This document shows positions 50,235 through 61,760 of a DNA stretch of 64,000 bases, piece by piece (the stretch's first letter is position 1; every line of letters begins with the position of its first letter). The DNA comes from Alloascoidea hylecoeti (lineage: Eukaryota): NCBI GenBank assembly GCA_001600815.1, contig BCKZ01000010.1, forward strand, positions 265,527 to 329,526, read 5' to 3'. Both the position numbers and the translations under genes were made by a program. Under the pieces are notes generated by a model, which worked only from the letters and a program-made list of their open reading frames with translations, did no database searches and was not told the DNA's origin.

Positions 50235-51170
50235 ATGTCGACTGCTGTTGAGGAATACACAAGTGGCTCAGGGTCTGACTTCACGGGTATGATATTTTTT
50301 TGTTTTCCCTTGTGGATCTTATAAATATTGACACATACCATCCAATAGAATACTGGATCGATTGGTTTCTAGGAATAAGAGGAAATGAATATTTCTGTGA
50401 TCTTGATATTGAATACATCACAGATAGATTTAATCTCACTGGGTTGAACACTGAAGTTGAACATTTACAGTGGGTGATTGATTTAATCACCGATAATTAC
50501 AGTATGTTCCTTTGTTATCAATTGCATTTTATCACAACTTTATTACTTACTTACACCACCTCCTTCTTTAATTATAGCGGTTGATGAATTGTCGAATGAA
50601 CAGAAAGATCAAATAGAATCCAATGCACGATACTTTTATGGCTTGGTCCATGCGCGCTACATCATAACAGCCCGTGGTTTACAAAAAATGTTGGAAAAGT
50701 ATAGAAATGGAGATTTCGGCTATTGTTCACGGGTGAATTGTTACTTGCAACCTTTATTGCCAGTTGGATTAAGCGACACTCCAAGTCTAAGACCCGTCAA
50801 ATTATATTGCCCCAAATGTGAGGACTTATACAATCCCAAATCAAGTAGGCATGCTTCGATCGATGGAGCCTTTTTTGGTACCAGTTTCCCAGGTATGTTT
50901 TTCCAAGCTTATCCTCATTTAGTTCCTGTTCATCCCGTCCAACGATTTGTTCCCAAAATATTTGGCTTCAAAATGCACGAATATGCCAAGTTAGCAAGAT
51001 GGCAGGAGAAGCAAAGAAGAAAACTTGAAAAGAAATTACAGAGAGATTACGGGATTAATACAGATAGTACTCCCGGTGGTTACTTAAAAGTTGAAGATAA
51101 CCAACATGGGTTTGATAATGCTAATACCAGCACAGGATCTTCCCGACCTTCAGAAAGGAGGAACAGGTAA
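50235..51170 (+). CDS. CKB2: Casein kinase II regulatory subunit beta'; introns 50287-50348, 50502-50577
   Basis: WIDWFLG..GNEYFCD.D.EYITDRFNL, YGLVHARYI, C.RV.C, LYCPKCED and IDGAFFGTSF motifs. Confidence 0.93.
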
Positions 51171-51431
51171 AGAATATAACAGGTAAAGAATAAAACACTA
51201 ATTAATGCTAAATATCCCATATATTATATTTAGTTATAATGTATTGTAAATATACTTGTCACGTGTACTAGCATGCTCATATTTACTTAGTCATGCACCC
51301 CAGTCTCAAATATACGCTCAGACGTGCATCGTTTTCTTTTCAAAACCGTTTAATTTTTCTTTCTCTGAAAGTTTTTTTATCCAGTGGATTGTTTGATCTT
51401 TAATCAAGAAATTTAATCAGTAAATTCAATT

Positions 51432-52020
51432 ATGTCTGACGAAGAAGTAAGTACTTTGCTATATTCTCTCGAACAATGAGATGTCTCCACATACAAATAC
51501 GATGCAAGGGACTAAGCCACTAGATACGAGAGAACATTATACTAACATGATTTTATTTCTCCAGCATCATTTTGACACAGTCGGTGCCGGTGCCTCTCTC
51601 ACCTACCCTTTGCAATGTTCTGCCCTTCGTAAGAATGGATTCGTTGTTATCAAGCAAAGACCTTGCAAGATCGTCGACATGTCCACCTCCAAGACTGGTA
51701 AGCATGGTCACGCCAAGGTCCACTTAGTTGCCATTGATCTTTTCACTGGTAAGAAATTGGAAGACTTGTCTCCATCTACCCATAATATGGAAGTTCCAAA
51801 CGTTAGCAGAGTTGAATACACTTTGTTGGATATTGATGATGGTTACTTGAACTTGTTCACCGCTGATGGTGATACCAAGGATGATGTTAGAGCCCCAGAA
51901 GGTGAATTGGGTGATTCTATCCAATCCGCTTTCGATGATGGTAAAGATTTATTGGTTACTGTTATCTCTGCTATGGGTGAAGAAGCTGTCATTTCTTTCA
52001 AGGAAGCACCAAAAAACTAA
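51432..52020 (+). CDS. HYP2: Translation factor eIF5A; intron 51447-51564
   Basis: MSDEE|HHFD...[13 protein letters not shown] hypusine motif; GTAAGT...TACTAAC...CAG intron; strongly biased codons. Confidence 0.98.
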
Positions 52021-52509
52021 ACTGACTTATATCATTAGGTATCTATATATATTAATGAAAATTTTCACTTTTCACTCTCATAATTCATGATCTAAAATTT
52101 ATTTAATAAACGTAGAAAACTTTGAATTTCCAAGTACGATTACAATTACAATACTGACTTTAATGATATATTATTAATATATTAACATTTATTAAAACAA
52201 AGGAACAAAGGATAAAAAATGTCAAGCCATACATACATATTAAATTCTTCCTTCCAACCAACCAATTAATACAGTACAACCCCTCCAATAATAATATAGC
52301 GATATAGTAATTAATAAAAGTGCCCGTGACTTTTTTTTTTTTCACTTTAACTTTCATTCTTTATTCCCATTTCATACTATTAATATCCACTCCCAATCAA
52401 TTTTTTCTAAAATAAAATAAAACCAATAATAAAAACAATAATTCTGCTTCCTTCCATTTTTCAAATCTTCTTACTTTTTTTTATCTTTAGGAAACTGATC
52501 AGGTCGTAA

Positions 52510-53824
52510 TTAAAGAGTGGCAACATAAATCGAAACAATGATTCCAACTAGACCACCAATATAAGGAGTTTCACCAAGAACATTTTTTACGACCTTACCG
52601 GAAATAACAATCCAGTCGTTAAACAAAGTAATAACTTCACCAAAAGCCGGTTTGTCAACAACAACTGGGTCTGAAATACCAGGATATTTATTGAATAACA
52701 AATATGTAACTAAAATCTTTGAAAGATTAAAAGTTAATGGATCAAAATTTGGTGTATTTTTTGTTGATCTCTTTTTGTTACCTTTAGTTGCAAACCGGAA
52801 ATTAAAATAATAGGAAGTTAAAAGAGGAACAAAGATAGTGAAGGACCACAAGGCAGCAATAAGATACAAAGAACTTGATAAAAACACTTTGTAATTTGGA
52901 ACATCAATAGAAAGTAAATATCGAGGCAATTGACGCGACAAAATCCCAGGTAAGTAAGCACCAAAAGGAACCTTTGGTATAACCTTGCTATAAAGAAGAA
53001 TTAATTCAAAAATAACTTCAGCATAATTGATAGCATACGATGTACTTAAAGTAGTACGTAAATTATCACTAGAATCGACGGTCCAAGAAATTGCTTGGTC
53101 TTTCAATTCAATAAGATTTGTCTTTGCAGCTTCAATATGAGCAGAAAACTTTTCTTTAAAAGTTTCAACTTCTTCTTCATCATCTTCTTCATCATCCTCT
53201 TCTTCAGTATCAGCAACTTCTGAATTTTCTCCATCGTCCCCAGAATGGTCGTCGTTCACGATCGTTTCTTTCTGGTTTAAACCATGATCATTTTCATCGT
53301 CCGATTCCTTAATTGGAGTAGAAAAAGTACTACTGACGCGACTGGTTTTAATAGGACTTGAGAAATCATATGTCTTAAAATCGCCTAATCCAACAGATGG
53401 AGAATTCCTACCAAATTTTCTTGGTGATCTTCTTCTAGGAGCATAAAACTTTGTATAACGTTCATCGTTAGATAATTCGGGATGTTCAACAAAATATTCA
53501 GTTAAACGCGTCTCGATTGTTGCTTTGACACCAATAGTACTAAAATCAAAAGCACGTTAGATAAAATAATCATTGAATCAAATATTTGATCTTTGTATTT
53601 TTATTTGTGGCTAGAAGGGAGAACAATCCCAGATGCATTGTCCCTTATCCCTGGAATGTGTTGAGATCCCCAAAATCGCACACGAAAACCGCACACAAAA
53701 TTAGAATCTAAAGCAAAATCAGAGATCACAAGTAGCGAATGGCAAAAAACAAAATAACATACTCAATACCAAGGGTTTCAGCAAGATCAATTAGTTCACC
53801 TTTTTTCAAACTCCTTAAACTCAT
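52510..53824 (-). CDS. GTT3: Gtt3-family membrane protein; intron 53540-53762
   Basis: N-terminal KKGELIDLAETLGI, acidic linker, SYYFNF...FDPLTFNLSK and C-terminal TM segments match recalled yeast Gtt3; GTATGT...TCTAAC...TAG intron. Confidence 0.8.
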
Positions 53825-55108
53825 GTTTGCAATTGTTTCTCTATTCGTCTTTTATAGGGGAATTTATTTTTATAATATTATTAACAAGTTTCGAATAGCG
53901 TCTCTTATCAATAAGTATGGGTGCGTAAACAAAACTTAGGGAGAGGGTGTCTGGAAGAAGCAAACACCGTTTTGCGGCCGGGTAACACTTTGTTTTGATG
54001 CTGGTTGTCAGGGTAACACAAATATTTATTCAATTGTAACACCTATTGTTTAATGTTAATAGACCCAAAGGTCTATATCCAGATCTAGGCCCAATTGCAA
54101 TCTTGGATGTATAGTGCCAGTGCTATAATTATATAGCTATCTAATTCATAGAAATATATTCCAATCGCAACACTGTGGCTTCCAATCTTCAACTGATCAT
54201 GATAACTCTAGAACGAGCCGCATGCACAATATCGTAATAGGAACTATTCATTTTTATGAGTTCTGCAGCTTCTGCTTTGGGCTTATGGTAGGAGCCTCTT
54301 AATATGATGCATAATCATATAAAAATGGGACAATTCTCTTTTGTTCCTTCACTACTTCTCTTAGTGAACCCTATAAGAACTCTCGACTATAATTTTGACC
54401 CTCCACCGGTTGCTTTAGCATACTCTAATGTGACAGTGCACGTGGGTTTGAATCTAGGCGCGTCTTGAGATGAGTGCTACCAGTTTCAGCATATCCGACC
54501 AAATTGATGAGATATTACTTTTGCTCTGTAGTCAGCGAAGTCATTTATATTTTGAATGGTCAAATGTGATAAATGTTTCGATGGAATATTCACAAATAAG
54601 GATTATCAATAGTTTTACGCGTTGCTGAGTGTTGTTGTGAGACTACCCGTAACTACTGTATAATTACAAAATAATCATGAAGATAACATAATTCAATTGT
54701 AAACAGAGTACTAATAATTGACAATATTTATATGACTTGATCCAAAGATAAATCAAGCTGTGCAGTTCTATATAACCTTAAATGTGTCGCATGAAAATAA
54801 TAGATACCCCTGTATAAGAAATCCTTCTAATTAATGTAAAATCGCAATAAATATTATAATTTAAGCTTGATTACAATGACAATGGAAGAATATAATTAAG
54901 AGAATATTTACAAAGAGCCCGACTAAATATTTTTTTGATATAACTTAAATAGATCTAGAGTGGGCCATTGAGGCCTATACCAGTACAAATGTAAAATAGT
55001 GATAGAAGTGTGAGTCAGCTTTGGCTAATTGTGTACTGTTGTCAAATATAAATATTAATTATAATTACAATAAATGTTAATAAATCAATTGAATGAATCA
55101 AAAACTAA

Positions 55109-57136
55109 TTATAAACTAAATTTTTCTTCATGAAATGTAAGACCATTTTCTAATGACCATTTTTTTACCTGCTGAACCAATCCATTTGGACCAGCTGCAA
55201 TTACCCATAGTCTTTTCTTATCCCCTTCTTTATATATATTTGCCTGTTCCAAATCCCTACAACAAACATTGTGCTCATCGTTTGATGTTTGTGGACCTTC
55301 ACAACAACCATTATCCAGAAGCCAATCATATAATCGGCATCCTAAAACTGGTCTTCCTTTGAAAAAACTAATTTCCGAAGAATCCTGAATATATTCAGAT
55401 GATCTTGTAGAATGTTCATGTCTTGATTCCCTTTTGTTGTTTTTTAACTTCTGCGAATTGGATTCTTTTATTATATTTGTTCCAAATGTTAATGATTCAT
55501 CTTCATTTACAAGATCAGGATTACCTCGTTCATAATGTCCTACTCTATCGATGTGAATTCCAATAGATTCTTCACTTAAGACTCTATCAACCCCATTATC
55601 TACAATGGGTTGGACATCATGCTGAGATATATTGACATTCATACCAGGTTTTCTAGCGCCTTCAGAAGGTGATGAATATTCCATATTTGAATTATAACTT
55701 GAAAAGCTATTACTACCGTAAGGGTTACAAATATTGGATTCCATTAATGGGTCAGTTTCCGACTCTACAACTGAGCTTGCATTTGAATGTAAATTATAAA
55801 GCCTTTTTTTCAAATCCTTTTCAGTAATATAAATTTCAATATCTCCTCCTCGTATATCAAAATACTCTAAAATTTCGACATCCCTTGGATCTCGAACGGC
55901 CCAAATAAGTCTAAAAGGAATTCCTCCATTATGATTCAAGATTCTCATCAATGGAAGCGCCATTGAAACTGCAGATCCACCACATACAAACAAAACCTTA
56001 TCAACACCATCTAATGAGTAATTTATATCATTATGATTATTTCTGATACTTATTTCGCCATAATTGTGATTAGTAATAGAATTAGTCTCTCTAGCTCCGA
56101 AGAAAGTATTGCCCTCAAAGCACTTAAAAGCCCCATAAAGACTATATTGGTGATCTGGAAGCATTACAGAGCGCGTTTTTCTAATAATTAATTTAATATT
56201 ATCATCCGTTGGTAAAGAAGCTATAGTATATGGTCTTGAAGGTAAAACCCAAGAAAGTAAGTTGAATTGTGAGGTTCGAGCTAGTATTCGTAAATGGCTT
56301 GCAGGTTGAAAATAGCTTGGCAAACATCTTCTTGGAATTGTGACAATGTAAAGAGATGGCGAAATATGATGCAGATCATTATTGATGATTTTGAATGTTG
56401 TAGTTTTGTAAATTCTATAAACTATTTGACCAATTAAAATAGAAATGTTAGCTATTGTATAATACCCAATACCTGGTTTGGCGTGATAAAATAATAATAT
56501 TACGGAAAACCAAGTTAAGGTGTAGTGAATGAAGTAAAAAAATTGGTATGTTTTCCTCCGTATTGGTCTTAAAGAAGTAAGGGCGATCATCAAAAATGCG
56601 AACATTGCCACTATTCCAACAACATTGGAAAATTTGAGAAGTTTTGCTAGTTTTCCGAGTCTTGTGTAGACCCAGGTGTACATGATCGCATGTATTAATG
56701 ACTGTAAGACTACTATTCGGGAAAGCCATTTATGAAGTGGTAAAAACTGTAAGTAAAGGGTATATGGTAATGGCGTTGGCTTGAGTGTCAAAAACAACAA
56801 AGTTGGCATTAATGCAGTGGCTACTCTTCCAGTTCTTTTTGTTACCCATAGGAAATCATTGTTATTTGTATGCCACGATAAAAAGAAGATGACTATTGTC
56901 CACAGTGATACTGTGTGATACAACCGCCATCTTCTTCTAATATATTTGATGGGTTGAGGTGATTTAAATGATGAGCATGATAAATAGTTAACTACTACAG
57001 TTAACACCGTTATAAGCGCGGCCACAACCAAAGTGATATTTCCGTATTGCCTAGTCGTCATTTTCCGTAACACCACCGATTCGGGAGATGGAACAGGAAT
57101 TATTTCCAAACTCATCGAGTTTTTGATGAACTCCAT
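55109..57136 (-). CDS. FRE8: Ferric reductase-like transmembrane protein, Fre8-type
   Basis: KRTGRVA.ALMP.LLFLTLKP.PLP.TLYL..LPLHKW, FYFIHY...YHAKPG, PYTIASLP, GGSAVS and AAGP motifs; first ATG at 57136. Confidence 0.8.
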   Translation of the reverse strand: MEFIKNSMSLEIIPVPSPESVVLRKMTTRQYGNITLVVAALITVLTVVVNYLSCSSFKSPQPIKYIRRRWRLYHTVSLWTIVIFFLSWHTNNNDFLWVTKRTGRVATALMPTLLFLTLKPTPLPYTLYLQFLPLHKWLSRIVVLQSLIHAIMYTWVYTRLGKLAKLLKFSNVVGIVAMFAFLMIALTSLRPIRRKTYQFFYFIHYTLTWFSVILLFYHAKPGIGYYTIANISILIGQIVYRIYKTTTFKIINNDLHHISPSLYIVTIPRRCLPSYFQPASHLRILARTSQFNLLSWVLPSRPYTIASLPTDDNIKLIIRKTRSVMLPDHQYSLYGAFKCFEGNTFFGARETNSITNHNYGEISIRNNHNDINYSLDGVDKVLFVCGGSAVSMALPLMRILNHNGGIPFRLIWAVRDPRDVEILEYFDIRGGDIEIYITEKDLKKRLYNLHSNASSVVESETDPLMESNICNPYGSNSFSSYNSNMEYSSPSEGARKPGMNVNISQHDVQPIVDNGVDRVLSEESIGIHIDRVGHYERGNPDLVNEDESLTFGTNIIKESNSQKLKNNKRESRHEHSTRSSEYIQDSSEISFFKGRPVLGCRLYDWLLDNGCCEGPQTSNDEHNVCCRDLEQANIYKEGDKKRLWVIAAGPNGLVQQVKKWSLENGLTFHEEKFSL

Positions 57137-57376
57137 GATATTCAAGTAAGAAAAAATTTTGGAGTAGTAGAGAAGGAAGCTTAAGGTTCATAAATCTGAG
57201 CTTCGGGATCGGGCCCGGGGTAAATATTAAGTATCATTTTGCAGAAGACACGGCATTCAAGGCTGATTAAATAATATAGTAGATTCTTTAGATTATGTTG
57301 AATTTAAGTTTGTCATGCATTTATGCACCATCTATTTTTAGTTTATCTTTTTGATCATCTGCAAGCACATGTGACT

Positions 57377-57389
57377 ACATCCATACACC
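57377..57389 (+). promoter_or_regulatory. Rap1-binding (RPG box) site upstream of RPS0
   Basis: ACATCCATACACC matches the ACAYCCRTACAYY consensus, ~190 bp before the ATG. Confidence 0.65.
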
Positions 57390-57569
57390 AAAATAGTGAT
57401 AGCCACCCAGTATGATATTTACACAAGCTGTTTTATAGTACGTTTCGGGAAGAAGCAGTCACAGTATCACATTTACGTAGGGATATTTGTCAGACTAGCA
57501 TTTAATCAACTGTACTACTACCAGTAGTAATACTAAAAACACCAAACTCACTAACTAGCTAGTATTATA

Positions 57570-58428
57570 ATGTCACTTCCATCACTTTTTGATCTTACTG
57601 CTGAGGACGCGCAATTGCTTCTTGCTGCCCAAGTCCATCTTGGCTCCAAAAATGTTCAGGTATGAAGAAAAATCATTACTTTTACTAGAGGACAATATCT
57701 AAATTTGCATTTCGTAGGTTCACAACCAACCATACGTTTTTAAAACAAGACCAGATGGTGTCAATGTTATTAATATTGGAAAAACTTGGGAAAAGATTGT
57801 TTTAGCTGCCAGAATTATTGCAGCTGTTCCAAATGCTGAAGATGTTGTTGCTGTTTCTTCGCGAACTTTCGGTCAAAGAGCTGTTCTGAAATTTGCTGCT
57901 CATACTGGTGCTACAGCTATTGCTGGTAGATTTACTCCAGGTTCTTTCACTAATTATATTACAAGATCTTTCAAAGAACCAAGATTGATTATTGTTACTG
58001 ATCCAAGAACAGATTTCCAAGCAATCAAAGAATCATCTTATGTTAATATTCCAGTTATTGCTCTAACTGATACCGATTCTCCTTCTGAATTTGTTGATGT
58101 TGCAATCCCAACAAACAATAAGGGTAAGCATGCCATTGGTTTAATTTGGTGGTTATTGGCTAGAGAAGTTCTTAGATTAAGAGGTACTTTAGCTGACCGT
58201 GAAGCTGTATGGTCCGTCATGCCCGACCTTTACTTCTACAGGGACCCCGAAGAGGTTGATGTGTCACCTGAAGAAGTCAAAGAGGAAACTGAAGCTGAAG
58301 CTGAAGCCGCAGTTGCGGTTGCAGACGAAGCCGAGGACTGGGCTCCCGAACCATCACAAGCTGATTGGAGTGCTGAACATGCTACTGACTGGGCAGAAGC
58401 CACTAATGAAGATAAAGAAGAATGGTAA
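57570..58428 (+). CDS. RPS0: 40S ribosomal protein uS2; intron 57660-57717
   Basis: [54 protein letters not shown] and [10 protein letters not shown] motifs. Confidence 0.98.
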
Positions 58429-58550
58429 TTTTTCTTTTATATATATAGTATTAATGTTATAATATTAAAACCTTTCTGTTTACGAAGCATCTAGTAGCAT
58501 TGTAATTGATATTCATAAAATAAAATAAAGTAAAACCATAAAATAATGAA

Positions 58551-58810
58551 TTATGGTAATGGATTTAACCTTCTTTTTTCTCCTTTCTCTCCCATTGCTT
58601 CTTCCCTTTCTTCTGTTGCTGCTTATCTTTTTGCTCTTATTAATACCTTTTCCCTGAGTTCGTTTAATTTTTCCTCATCCCTTTTGCTTTGAATATCAGC
58701 AGTTCTTGTTGTATTTCATTTGGCTGTGCCAAAATCGAAAAAGTACACGTCTTGTTTATCTGTTACCCTCATGTTTGGGAGTCTAATGCCCCCATGAGTA
58801 ATTGACAAGA
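58551..58810 (-). pseudogene. Relic of an atypical protein-kinase-like gene (catalytic loop and DFG)
   Basis: Minus frame reads ITHGGIRLPNMRVTDKQDVYFFDFGTAK*NTTRTADIQSKRDEEKLNEL; HGDIRxxN has D->G, with in-frame stops. Confidence 0.6.
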
Positions 58811-58894
58811 GCTTTCTCTAAAAGAGCTCTAAATGTTAAGAAAAGAATTGTAGTAAAAAGGAAAAACAATATTAATGGGATCTCTACTAAAACC

Positions 58895-59146
58895 ATGCCA
58901 AAACAATCCAAAAGAGGACCGAAACAAGCAAAAGCAAATAAGCAATTACCAAAGGGAAAAGGTGCCACAAGAAGAAGTACTCCTAATAAAAATAGGTCTG
59001 TATTTTACACTTATGATTCTGATGAAAATGGGGAAGAAAAAGAGGTAAATATGGAAGATGAAGCCGATAGTGATAAAGAAATGGATTTCTGTAAATTTGT
59101 ATTCTCGCTGCAGCTGCAACAATATACTGCTCAGACGTTTTGTTAG
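58895..59146 (+). other. Orphan short ORF or gene fragment, basic then acidic
   Basis: AAAACCATG context; MPKQSKRGPKQAK...YDSDENGEEKEVNMEDEADSD; no recognised family. Confidence 0.3.
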
Positions 59147-59551
59147 ATTGATATATACATGTATATACTTTATACTATTGCTGGTTTCTACCTTAATCTC
59201 TATAATTTTAATTAATTATAATGAGTATCGGTAACTAATAACTAGACAAGAGAAAAAGATACGATATTCTTTAAAATTTGAGATTTGGTCTATTCTCTAC
59301 TATATTCATATAGCATTAGTGGGAAATGGATAGGATTCAAGCTTTGGTTGATGTTGGATGTCATTCAAAGAGGTCAATGTTGTTCGTACTACACAGTTAG
59401 TTTCGAAGCAATTGCTTTCCTGATCAATAAATGGGAGAAGGAATGAAATAGACAATAATTTATGGATCTATATTAGAAAATGAATTAAGGAATAGCAAAT
59501 ATTAGATTCTATAGCCGTTAATAATAATGCAGTTTGATAAACAAGATTCTA

Positions 59552-61453
59552 TTATAAACCCTTTAAAACCTTCCAAAGCTCTTTAACTTCAACTCTCCTA
59601 ATAGGTAACATATTATACAACAACTCATATAGTTGTGCTCTTCTGATGGGTACAAATTCACCAACAATTAATTTTTTTATTGTTCGTGAAGAAAAATAAT
59701 GCAATCTCGCCCCCTGTATCAATAATGAATATGGTTCAAAAACCAAAGATAGAGATATTCGTTTATTCTTCAATTTCAAATATGATACTGTATAATTATT
59801 CTCATGTTTATTATTCCGATAAAAATTGGATGAGAAAATATCTGGTTTAATATATTCAAATTTAACACCACCAGGCACTCTCTTTGGATCTTTGACCCAT
59901 TGTAATAATACAAACAATGGAAAATGATTTAAACCTGCCAATATAGTTTCACAAATAGAATTTAATGATAAAACAATCAATTTAGTAATATTAAAACAAA
60001 AATAAAATACTAATACTGTTGGTAATAAGAAAATTAATACCGTAAAACCAATTGTTCCAATTAATAATTGATCTAAATCATAATGACATGAATCTATTCG
60101 ATGCCTTAAAATATTATCTTTTTTACCTCTAAATAATAAAGATAATGATCTTAAACATAATAATTGCCGATGATAAACTCTTGTACTTGCAAATGAAAAA
60201 CAATATATATGAAAAGATACCATAGATATGAAATCTGATATTAATGATATTGTTAAAGTAGCACCAAATCCACCAGCAACACCAAAAATCGATATGATTA
60301 ATGGAAGTCGAGGTATAATATAAGTGGTAAGTAAAAGGCTCCAGAAATTTATAACCCATATAAATAAATCACCAAGAAATCTTGCAACTTCATTATTTAA
60401 TTTTAAACCGCCAGGCCAAGACATTAACCATGAAGTAGTTATTTTAATATCATTTATTAGAACTTCTTCGATTATAAAAGCAATTTTTGGAACCCAATTT
60501 GAAGCATTTTCAATAATGTATGAACCAAGAGTAACTCCTATTAAAATATCATTTATAATTAACCATAAAGAATTAAATAAACGGAGATGTTCAGCGTGAA
60601 CATTATTATCCAGATCTGAAAAAATTGATGATTGTGATGATGTATTCAAATATGATAATAATTTTGCATATTGAACAGGCCAAAAACAAAATTGCTGTAA
60701 TCTCAAATCGATTTGATGAGCAGTTGCGGAAATATCTTTTAAACATGTTGAAGTTAATGGAATTTTATATTCAAGTAAGAGTAATATTCCTTCTGCAATT
60801 ACACGAAGACCAATGGTTATATATATTATTATAGTTTTCAATATTTGCTTAAATAAATGAAAATGTTTATTTTCTTTATGATGTGTGATAGGATTTAAAA
60901 ACGATCGAACTGTATGGCACTTGTCAATTTGGGATAACGCTGTTTCCATACTTGAAAATTCACGATTTGGTCGAGATACTTGAATCTGAATCTTTGAACC
61001 CAATTCATGAATATGTTTAGCTTGATTAACTAACATAGTGTCATATTCTTCTGAAATGATGGTGACTTTATTTGCTTTTTCGGGAAGAGAAATGCATATT
61101 GGTGTAGATGACAAATATTGCATTCTTGCTTTTAGAGGACAATATAACACAATCTGAACACTGGCCTGTTTCTGTTCTTGAGAGTTAACTATCAATCGTT
61201 TAAGTAGAGGATAAGTATTATGAATTGTGAATTGGAGGCTAAATGAACTGCTTTGATCCTCTTGGTCTAAAGTACCGATCACAGACAAAGTATGACCAGC
61301 ACGTTCTATTTTGGGAATATCATACTGTCTTGTTGGGTTAAGACAACCAATAACCACATATTCACACTCAGAGTTTTGCCATCCAACAAGAAGTGAGTCT
61401 TTTTTATTGTCTCCCCTAATATCAGTGGGCCAAAAGACACGAACCACAGTCAT
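59552..61453 (-). CDS. GPI1: GPI-GlcNAc transferase subunit Gpi1/PIG-Q
   Basis: RVFWP, QIDLRLQQFCFWP, NSLWLIINDI, WLMSWPGGLKLN, LFRGKK.N.LR.RIDS..Y.LDQLL.GT and LNHFPLF motifs. Confidence 0.95.
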   Translation of the reverse strand: MTVVRVFWPTDIRGDNKKDSLLVGWQNSECEYVVIGCLNPTRQYDIPKIERAGHTLSVIGTLDQEDQSSSFSLQFTIHNTYPLLKRLIVNSQEQKQASVQIVLYCPLKARMQYLSSTPICISLPEKANKVTIISEEYDTMLVNQAKHIHELGSKIQIQVSRPNREFSSMETALSQIDKCHTVRSFLNPITHHKENKHFHLFKQILKTIIIYITIGLRVIAEGILLLLEYKIPLTSTCLKDISATAHQIDLRLQQFCFWPVQYAKLLSYLNTSSQSSIFSDLDNNVHAEHLRLFNSLWLIINDILIGVTLGSYIIENASNWVPKIAFIIEEVLINDIKITTSWLMSWPGGLKLNNEVARFLGDLFIWVINFWSLLLTTYIIPRLPLIISIFGVAGGFGATLTISLISDFISMVSFHIYCFSFASTRVYHRQLLCLRSLSLLFRGKKDNILRHRIDSCHYDLDQLLIGTIGFTVLIFLLPTVLVFYFCFNITKLIVLSLNSICETILAGLNHFPLFVLLQWVKDPKRVPGGVKFEYIKPDIFSSNFYRNNKHENNYTVSYLKLKNKRISLSLVFEPYSLLIQGARLHYFSSRTIKKLIVGEFVPIRRAQLYELLYNMLPIRRVEVKELWKVLKGL

Positions 61454-61760
61454 TTACATTTGATGGATAAATGTTCTTTAATAAACAAATAACCTATACT
61501 GTGCTCATATTTACACGCCCCCACGTTAATCTGTTGTTTTTTACTAGGCTAATGGTCTTTTTAATTAATAAAATCCACTACCATTATACCATATTATTTG
61601 ATTGCAACTGGGCATTGTATCTTTTTAATCAACGGTATTCACGTTACGGAGAAAAATCTGTATTCATAAATATTCTGATAGCCCTTATATTATAGCTATA
61701 CCATATATTATATATATCATTATCAGTATAAATTTATATGAAATACCTGTAAAATGTAAC

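Noticed and set aside
54405..54480. GGGTTTGAATC B-box-like motif (possible tRNA relic)
   Set aside because: No cloverleaf or acceptor stem could be built.
3916..57900. Alternative yeast genetic code (CUG-Ser or CUG-Ala)
   Set aside because: CTG encodes conserved Leu positions in NPT1 (IPILAI, IVIKL) and RPS0 (RAVLKF), so the standard code fits.
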